Origin: an uncultured Actinomycetes bacterium
GTDB taxonomy: Bacteria; Actinomycetota; Thermoleophilia; Gaiellales; Gaiellaceae
Assembly: GCA_963786725.1 (NCBI GenBank)
Contig: CAWBAD010000002.1
Span: 125,667-189,666, forward strand
Reading direction: 5' to 3'
Length of the DNA stretch: 64,000 bases
Each line of letters begins with the position of its first letter. Within the stretch, counting starts at the first letter, position 1. Shown here piece after piece: positions 57,195 through 64,000 of this stretch. The translations under genes were made by a program, and so were the position numbers. Below the pieces are notes generated by a model that saw nothing but the letters and a program-made list of their open reading frames with translations, was not told the origin of the DNA and did no database searches.

Positions 57195-58043
57195 TCGTGC
57201 TCACGTGAGAACAGCCGCAGCAGGCGCGCCAGGTAGGGCCGCAGCTCGTTCCGCGGAAGGATCGCGTCCACGTGCCCGTAGCGGTAGTTCGACTCGGCGA
57301 GACCGAAGTCGTCGGGGAGCTTCTCGCGCGTCGTCTGCTGCACGACGCGAGGGCCGGTGAACGACAGCAGCGCCTCCGGCTCGGCAACGATCACGTCGCC
57401 CAGCGACGCGAAGCTGGCCAGCACGCCGGCGGTCGTCGGATGCGCCATCACGCTGATCATCGCGCCGCCCGCCTCGTGGAGGTCCTCGACGGCGCAGACC
57501 GTCTTCGGCAGCTGCATCAGCGAGAGGATCCCCTCCTGCATGCGGGCGCCGCCCGACGCGGTGACGGAGATGAGGGGTACCTGGCGCTCCGCTGCGCTCT
57601 CGCAGGCGCGAACGAACTTCTCTCCGACTGCGCTGCCCATCGAGCCGCCGAGGAACGAGAAGTCCATGACGGACAGCTCGCAGTCGTGCCGGTCGAGCGT
57701 CGCCCGGCCGATGACGATCGCCTCGCCGAGGCCCGTCTGCAAGCTCGGCCTCGGCCAGCCGCTCGCGATAGGGGCGAAGGTCGAAGAACTCGAGCGGGTC
57801 GGCCGAGCGCACGTCCGCCGCCTCCTCCTCGAAGCTCCCCGGGTCGGCGAGGTGGACGATCCGCTCCGCGCGCCGGCATCGGGAAGTGATGGCCGCACTG
57901 GCTGCAGACGCGCAGCGCCGCCGGAGCTCCTCGTCGCGGTAGTGCGAGCCGCAGGATGGGCACGTGTTCGGATGCCGCTTGCCTTCCGCCGGCGCAGGCT
58001 CGTCCTTGCGCTCGATGGAAACGTCGATGCCGCTCTCGGCCAC
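57191..58043 (-). CDS. accD: acetyl-CoA carboxylase carboxyltransferase subunit beta
   Basis: N-terminal Zn ribbon is CPSCGSH...VCSQCGHH. Further motifs: [56 protein letters not shown]. Frame changes lie in the first third. Confidence 0.85.
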
Positions 58044-58062
58044 GGAGCCAGTCTAGGTGGGC

Positions 58063-58845
58063 TCAGAGGCCCAGGGCGGCGACGAGCCTGGCCAACGGCT
58101 CGATGCCGGCCGGATCCGGCGTGACGCCCGTCAGGCCGGCGCCCGCGACCGTCGAGCGCCCGGCAACGGAGCGCAGCACCTGCTCGGCCTCGTCGAGCGC
58201 TCAGCCCGCCCGGCTCGGGCATGAACGACGGCAGCTCGTCCGGGTCGAGCACGTCGGCAGTCGAAGGCGACGTACACGGCGTCGGCGCCGTCCGAGCGCA
58301 GCCGTCGATCGCGTCGACGCCGGTCGCCAGGCCGGACTCGCGGATGAAGACCTCCTCCGGCGGGTCGAGATTCCGCGCGCCGACGAGCACCGCGTCCTCG
58401 ACGCGGACGGAGCCGGCGTCGAGCACCATCCGCAGCGGCATGCCCCACTGGTTGCCGCTCGGCGAGGTCTCGGGCGTGTTGAGATCACCGTGCGCGTCGA
58501 GCCAGACGAGCGCGAGCCGGTCGAAGCGCGCCGACAGGGCCCTCGATGGCGCCGACGTGCGAGCAGCAGCAGCCGCCGAGCACGAGCGGTCGCTCGGGAA
58601 GCGCCGCCGCCATCGCGAGCTCCTGCTCGCCGAGGCTCGGCTCCTCGATGACGGCCACCTCGGGATACGGGAGCGCGAGCGAGGCCGCCGCCACCATCAC
58701 GTCGCCACCGTCCCCCCAGGCACGCGGCACGCGCACGAGGCCGGCCGCGAACTCGCGCCCACAGGCGTGGCACTCGTAGCCAGGGCCCGATCGCGACCGC
58801 CGTGTACGTCTTGCAGTACGGGCACTTGGCGCGGAGCAGGCTCAC
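58063..58845 (-). CDS. arginase/agmatinase/formiminoglutamase-fold protein with N-terminal zinc-ribbon
   Basis: GTG 58843-58845 gives SLLRAKCPYCKTYTAVAIGPGYECHACG. Further motifs: LVLGGCCCSHVG, LVWLDAHGDLNTPETSPSGNQWGMPLRMV, YVAFDCDVLDPDELPSFMPEPGGLS. Several frame changes. Confidence 0.7.
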
Positions 58846-59735
58846 GCGAGCTCCTTCTCGAACGTCACGTGCTCGCTCTCGACGTGCATGCCCGACACTC
58901 TCGTACAGCCGCGTCGCGCCGGTCGGATTCGCCGAGTCGACGCCGAGGCTCGCTCGCTCGAAGCCGCGCCGCCTGAACTCACGAAAGGCGTGCAGGAGGA
59001 GGGCTTGCCCGAAGCCACGCCGCCGCCACGGCTTACGCACGCCGAGCATCCCCACGAAACCTCCGCCGTACCCTTGCCTCGCAGCGCTCGCAGGCGGCGA
59101 TCTCGCCTCCGTCGCGAATGACGAACCAGAGGCTCTTGTCGTCGTCCTTGCGCATCTCCCACCACTCGTCGAACGGCAGGGCGTGGTGTCCCCACTCCTC
59201 GGCGAACGCCTCGCCGGCCGTCGCGTGAAACGCGGCCGCGTCCTCGTCGCGGACGGTGTCGATCGCGAAGCCGTCCGGGAGCACGGGCGGCGGAGGCTCC
59301 GAGTCGAGCCGGAGCGCCATGACGTAGTGGTGTCTGCACGTCCTTGTAGCTGCGCGATTCGAACAGCGCCCTCGCCGCTTCGTCAGCTCCGAGTGCGAAC
59401 TGCCGCACGAAAGGGCCCTCGAGCTCGCGCGCACGCCGCTCGGCGATCTCGACGAGCGCGACGCCGAGTCCCCTGCGCTTCTCCCCGGGACGGACGGCAC
59501 CGCCTCCGATGACGTCGCCCCCGTACTGGTCGAGCCAGCCCGCTGCCACGAAGCGCCCGCCCTCCTCGCGCGCCCACGAGTTCCGGTCCAGGTCTGTGCG
59601 GCGCCACCAGCTGAGGACGTCCTCGGCCGAGAGCTTGCCGGGGAGCCCGTGGGCGATCTCGTCCTCGGCGAGCAGCTCGGCGACGGCGGCGGCGTCCTCC
59701 ACTCGAAGCGGCCGCCAGCCGTCGGGCAAGCTCAC
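58842..59735 (-). CDS. double-GNAT acetyltransferase (MshD-like architecture), tandem copy 2
   Basis: VSLPDGWRPLRVEDAAAVAELLAEDE..., VRPGEKRRGLGVALV, ...FAEEWGHHALPFDEWW..., VRKPWRRRGFGQALLLHAF, GVDSANPTGATRLYESVGMHVESEHVTFEKELA*. Confidence 0.7.
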   Translation of the reverse strand: MSLPDGWRPLRVEDAAAVAELLAEDEIAHGLPGKLSAEDVLSWWRRTDLDRNSWAREEGGRFVAAGWLDQYGGDVIGGGAVRPGEKRRGLGVALVEIAERRARELEGPFVRQFALGADEAARALFESRSYKDVQTPLRHGAPARLGASAARAPGRLRDRHRPRRGRGRVSRDGRRGVRRGVGTPRPAVRRVVGDAQGRRQEPLVRHSRRRRDRRLRALRGKGTAEVSWGCSACVSRGGGVASGKPSSCTPFVSSGGAASSERASASTRRIRPARRGCTRVSGMHVESEHVTFEKELA

Positions 59736-60629
59736 GTGAGCTCCTTCATGAAGGTGACGTGGTCGGCTTCGACGTGCATGCCGACGCTCTCGTAGAGGCG
59801 AGTGGCACCCGTCGGGTTCTGAGAGTCGACGCCAAGGCCGGCGCGCGCCGCGCCGCGGCTTCCGTAGCTCATGGAAGATGTGCAGCAGGAGCGCTCGGCC
59901 GAGCCCGCGGCCCCTCCACGGCGCCTTCACCCCGAGCCACTCGACCAGGCCGCCGCCCCGTCGCCGATCCTGTCCGTGCACGAGCGCCACGATCTCTCCC
60001 CTGTCACGGGCGAGGAACCACAGCGTGTGATCGTCGCCTTCGTGCCTCAGCCACCACTCGTCGAACGGCTCGAGCTCGAAGCCCCATTCCTCCTCGAAGA
60101 TCTGATTCATCGCGGCGTACCAGGCCGCTGCGTCAGCTTCCTGGAACGTCTCGATCACAACCCCCGGTGGAAGCTCGGGCGCCGGGATCGAGTCGTCGAG
60201 CTCGATCGTCATCTCGTAGTGGCGCCGCACCGCGACGTAGCCGCGGGAATCGAGCAGTGTGCGCGCGGATTCGTCGGGACCGAGCGCTACCTGGTGCACG
60301 GTCGACACCCCGTGAGCCCGCGCCCGCTCCTCCGAAGCATCGAGCAGCAAGGAGCCGAGCCCGCGGCCCTTGGCTCCGGGCCGGACACAACCGCGGGCGA
60401 AGTACGTCCCCGCGTGGAGCTGCCCTCCGCCGGCAGCCACGATCTGGCCCTCCTCTTCTCTGAGCCATGAATCGTGCTCGAGGTCGGTATGGGCCCACAT
60501 GTCGACGACGTCCTCCTGTCCCAGCCGCGAGCGGAACCCGGCCGCCACCTCGTCTTCGTCGACGAGCGCAGCGACCGCGCTCGCCTCCTCCGGCCGGATC
60601 GGCCGCCAGCCGTCAGGCAGCGAGCTCAT
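59732..60629 (-). CDS. double-GNAT acetyltransferase (MshD-like architecture), tandem copy 1
   Basis: MSSLPDGWRPIRPEEASAVAALVDEDE..., VRPGAKGRGLGSLLL, FEEEWGFELEPFDEWW, VKAPWRGRGLGRALLLHIF, GVDSQNPTGATRLYESVGMHVEADHVTFMKELT*. GTGA overlap at 59732-59735. Confidence 0.7.
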
Positions 60630-61253
60630 CGAGCGCCTCCGCGAGGCCGGCGAGAGTCGGCAGCTCGCGCGCGGGTGCGTATCCGTTCACGCTCTCGCCG
60701 AGCCGGTTGATCCAGACACAGGGGATGCCGAGCTCCGTCGTCGGCGCGACGTCGTGGAAGAGGCTGGCCGCGACGTGGACGTCGGGCAGCCGCCCGACCT
60801 CTGCCTCGAACGCGCGCCAGTGCCCATGCGCGGGCTTGTACGAGCCGATCTCCGACGCGACGATCGCGCGGTCGAACGGCACGCCGATCGCCGCCATCGA
60901 CGCGTCGATGAAGTCGCGGTCGGTGTTCGAGAGGATGCAGAGCTTCCAGCCGCGGCCCTGCGCCTCCTCGAGAGCGCCGCGGCACCTCCGGAAAGACCGG
61001 CCAGCCGGGCAGCGATCGCCCGAGCGCGTCGCGCTCCTCCGCCGGCGCGCCGAGCCGCTCGAGCACGCGCGCCATCACCTCGCGATACGGCGAGCGACGG
61101 CTCGTCGTGCTCGACGACCGGCTCGAGCTCGTGGTACGCGGCGAGCTTCGCGTCGGCCTCGTCCTCGCCGAAGATCCGCGCCAGCTCGCGCCGGATGCCG
61201 CCGTTCCAGTCGACGAGCGTGCCGTAGCAGTCGAACGTCGCCCAGCGCTCCAC
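60613..61253 (-). CDS. HAD-superfamily hydrolase (haloacid dehalogenase type II-like)
   Basis: GTG 61251-61253 gives ERWATFDCYGTLVDW (DxYGT motif I). Further motifs: KLCILSNTD (reconstructed), VASEIGSYKPAHGHW, FHDVAPTTELGIPCVWINR. Its 3' end overlaps the next ATG by 17 nt. Confidence 0.7.
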
Positions 61254-61305
61254 GGCCCGACTTTACCGGTGCCCCGGAACGCCGTAGCACCGCGCGTTCT
61301 CTCGT

Positions 61306-62166
61306 TCAGCCCCGGAAGCGAAGCAGAGCCCCGACGTCTGCCTCTAGCCCGGATATGACGACCTCGAGGCCCCGTTCGAATTCGCGGAGTGGGTCGGGTG
61401 CGCTCGTCCAGAGCTCGATTGCCTCCGCTGCCCAGGGGTACTTGCCGGGAGGAAGCACGTCGACGTCACGGCGCAGCCGGCGAAGCCGTTCCTCACGGGG
61501 CTCATCCATGTAGCCGGGCCCCAATGCCGGCGAAGTCTCACGCAGGATGAGCGCGAAGCAGAGGTTGACGAAGAGATCAAAGAGCTCGAGGGCTTCTCCC
61601 GGGGTGACGCCGGCCTTCCGGAACGCGCCGATGCCCAAGTCCCTGAGGCGAAGGGCATTGTCTCCCAGCGCAATCGGGCGCGTTGTCCCGAGCAGAGCCA
61701 CGGACGGATGAGGGGCGAAGGCGTCCCGCGCCGACAGCGCTAGCGCCCTCAGCGTCTCTTGCCAGGTCATGTCGGGAGCTTCCCCAACGTTGACGCGGCC
61801 CAGGACGGAGTCTGCGATCGCGTCGAGGAGCGCGTCCTTGCTCTCGAAGTAGCGGTAGAGCGCCATCGGCGTCACGCCGAGCTCCGTGGCGACGCGCCGA
61901 AGGGTGAGCGCCTCGAGCCCGTGCTCGTCCGCAACGCGGAGCGCCGTTTCGACGATCAACTCACGATCAAGGCTTCCCCGCGCTCGTTTCGCCTGCCCGA
62001 GGGACTCCAGATAGTCATGAAGTTCGCGTGGCGACACACCCAGCTCGTCGGCAAGGCGCTCGATGAAGGCCCCGCCGGAGCCCGAGTCCCCGGTGAGACG
62101 CGACACAGCCTGCGTCAGCTCGGCGGGAGTGATGTCCTTGCGGGTTCGCTGTCCCCTCCGCGGCAT
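61306..62166 (-). CDS. TetR family transcriptional regulator with about 80-aa N-terminal extension
   Basis: Intact. TetR HTH is LEALTLRRVATELGVTPMALYRYFESKDALL. It is preceded by a second HTH-like stretch, FIERLADELGVSPRELHDYLES. ATG 62164-62166. Confidence 0.8.
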   Translation of the reverse strand: MPRRGQRTRKDITPAELTQAVSRLTGDSGSGGAFIERLADELGVSPRELHDYLESLGQAKRARGSLDRELIVETALRVADEHGLEALTLRRVATELGVTPMALYRYFESKDALLDAIADSVLGRVNVGEAPDMTWQETLRALALSARDAFAPHPSVALLGTTRPIALGDNALRLRDLGIGAFRKAGVTPGEALELFDLFVNLCFALILRETSPALGPGYMDEPREERLRRLRRDVDVLPPGKYPWAAEAIELWTSAPDPLREFERGLEVVISGLEADVGALLRFRG

Positions 62167-62259
62167 CTCCACCCTAGTATCAAGGTTAACGATGTAGATG
62201 TACAGTATGAAGACGTGATAAGGCGTCTGGTTTCGCGGACCTTTACCGGCGCCTGCGAC
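62167..62259. promoter_or_regulatory. AT-rich divergent control region between the TetR gene and the substrate-binding-protein genes
   Basis: ctagtatcaaggttaacgatgtagatgtacagtatgaagacgtgataagg is far below the local GC. It contains a direct repeat AGTAT[C/G]AAG (about 29 nt apart) and TAnnnT-like hexamers. I found no convincing palindromic operator. Confidence 0.3.
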
Positions 62260-63890
62260 GTGCGCAGGATCCCGCACACGATTCGCAGGACCATGACCGT
62301 CGCGGTGCTGGCTGCCGGCGCGGCACTACTCCTCGCCGCAGCCGCGAGCCCGCGCGGCGATCAAGGAGGGCGGCACGTTCCGCATCGCCATCGCCGCTCG
62401 GCTTCTTCGACACGATCGACCCCGCGCTCGTCGACTTTCCCGCCGAGGTCAGCCTTCCTCGCCCCGGCGTGCGGCAGCCTGATGGACTACCCCAGCAAGC
62501 CGCTTCCCGAAGGCGGCCGGCTGAGGCCGGAGCTCGCCGAGGCCGACCCGGTCGTCTCCAGGGACGGCAGGACGTACACGTTCACGGTCCGCAAGGACGC
62601 GCGCTTCTCGGACGGCTCGCGCGTGACGGCACGCGCCTTCGTGCGCGCGATCGAGCGCGTCCTCGATCCGACGATGGAGGGCTTCGGGGCCTCGGATACT
62701 CGCGGCAACACTCGTCGGCGGCGAGGACATGCTCGCCGGCAAGACGAAGACACCGAGCGGCGTCAGCGCCAAGGGCAGAGTGCTGACGCTGAAGCTGACG
62801 AGGACGGGTCCCAGACTTCCTGGCTCTGAGTGAGCAGACCTGTGCGCGGTGCCGCCAAACCTGCCCGCGGAACCGGAGGGCGCCAGGGCGCCGCTCCCGA
62901 GCGCGGCGCCCTACTACGTGAAGGAGTACGTCCCCGGCGACCGGCTGCTGCTGGAGCGGAACCGCTTCTACAAGGGGGATCGGCCGCACCACGTCGACCG
63001 CTTCGTCGCCGATCTGGCGGTGGACGAGAGCACCATCATCGACGAGATCGCAAGCGGCAAGCTCGACTGGGGCTGGGCGGTGGGGCCCTGCGGCCGCGCG
63101 GAGCCGAGCTCAAGCAGCGTTACGGCGTCAACAAGTCGCGGTTCTTCGTCCAGCCTCGAACTTCCTGCGCATGTTCGTGCTCAACACGAGCCGCCCGCTG
63201 TTCAAGAACAACCCGAAGCTGCGACAGGCGATCAACTTCGCCGTCGACCGGAAGGCGCTACTACGCGAGCTCGGCACCTTCGCCGGCACGCTCACCGACC
63301 AGTACCTGTCACCGTCGCAGGCCGGCTACACGGATGAGCGTATCTATCCGCTCAAGGCACCCGACCTCCGTCGCGCGCGTTCGCTCGCCAAGGGCCACAC
63401 GCGCGGCGGCAAGGCGGTCCTCTACACGAGAAGCGACCCGGTCGACGTGGCCCAGGCACAGGTGCTCCAGCAGAACCTCAAGGCGATCGGCCTCGAGGTC
63501 GAGATCGTGCAGTTTCCCCGGCACACTTGCTCTTCGAGAAGCTGGCGACCGGAGCGAAGGACTTCGACATCGGTCGTATCGCCTTGGGGTCACTCGCCCG
63601 ACCCCTCGTGGTTCACCGGCATCTTCGACGGGCGGACAATCGGTGAGACCGGCAACGAGAACTGGTCCTACTTCAACTCGCCGAAGTACAACCGGCTCTT
63701 CGACGAGGCGGCGCGGCTCACAGGCAACGAGCGTTACAAGGCCTACGGCGAGCTGGACGTGCAGCTCTCGCGGGATGCCGCGCCCGCGGTGCCCATTGCG
63801 AACCTCAACGCACTCACGTTCGTCTCGGCCCGAACTGGCTGCATCGTCGTCAACCCGTTCCTCGACCTGACCGCGGTCTGCCTCAAGTGA
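62260..63890 (+). CDS. ABC transporter substrate-binding protein (family 5, peptide/nickel type)
   Basis: Signal-like N-terminus is (V)RRIPHTIRRTMTVAVLAAGAALLLAAAA. Further motifs: IKEGGTFRIAIA, DGRTYTFTVRKDARFSDGSRVTARAF, YYVKEYVPGDRLLLERNRFY, FVLNTSRPLFKNNPKLRQAINFAVDRKAL. It ends ...NPFLDLTAVCLK*. Several frame changes. Confidence 0.75.
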
Positions 63891-64000
63891 CGAGGGCGCT
63901 CGCAGCCACGCTCTTCGCGGCGCTTGTCCTGATCCCGGCGGCGGGCACGCACGTGATCAAGGAGGGCGGCACGTTCAGGATCGCCGGCGGTCCACAAGGC
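63887..64000 (+). CDS. second family-5 substrate-binding protein, 5' end only (tandem paralog)
   Basis: GTGA overlap at 63887-63890. (V)TRALAATLFAALVLIPAAGTHVIKEGGTFRIAGG repeats the IKEGGTFRIA start of the mature upstream protein. Confidence 0.6.
   Translation, partial: MTRALAATLFAALVLIPAAGTHVIKEGGTFRIAGGPQG

Overview
This is a 64-kb, very GC-rich segment (about 70 % by eye), probably Actinomycetota; that taxon is only a guess. Positions 1-52430 are almost entirely a cell-surface glycan locus. It holds about 27 glycosyltransferase-type genes (16 or more GT4/GT-B, 6-7 GT2, several GT-C). It also has two priming phosphoglycosyl transferases, a Wzx/Wzy-like/PCP set, a separate Wzm/Wzt ABC exporter, and sugar-nucleotide enzymes. 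Tailoring genes include two CE4 deacetylases, two methyltransferases, GNAT and FemAB-like acyltransferases, an AsnB-type amidotransferase and a sulfotransferase.

The most notable item is a LAGLIDADG intein of about 481 codons. It splits a UDP-glucuronate-decarboxylase-type gene exactly at RIFN|TYGP. A RES-Xre toxin-antitoxin pair with its own promoter sits inside the locus. The right-hand 12 kb carries ndh, a three-domain ligD, and an operon that runs HAD, two double-GNAT genes, an arginase-fold gene, accD and accA. It ends with a TetR gene and two tandem ABC substrate-binding genes.

Genes are packed very tightly, with about 28 ATGA/GTGA-type stop/start overlaps.

Major caveat: most genes need one to six frame changes to read through. 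This looks like an indel-error artefact. CDS coordinates are therefore reconstructed spans, and many starts are approximate. Family calls come from motifs I recognise by eye; no searches were run. I found no rRNA, tRNA, CRISPR array, transposase or integrase.
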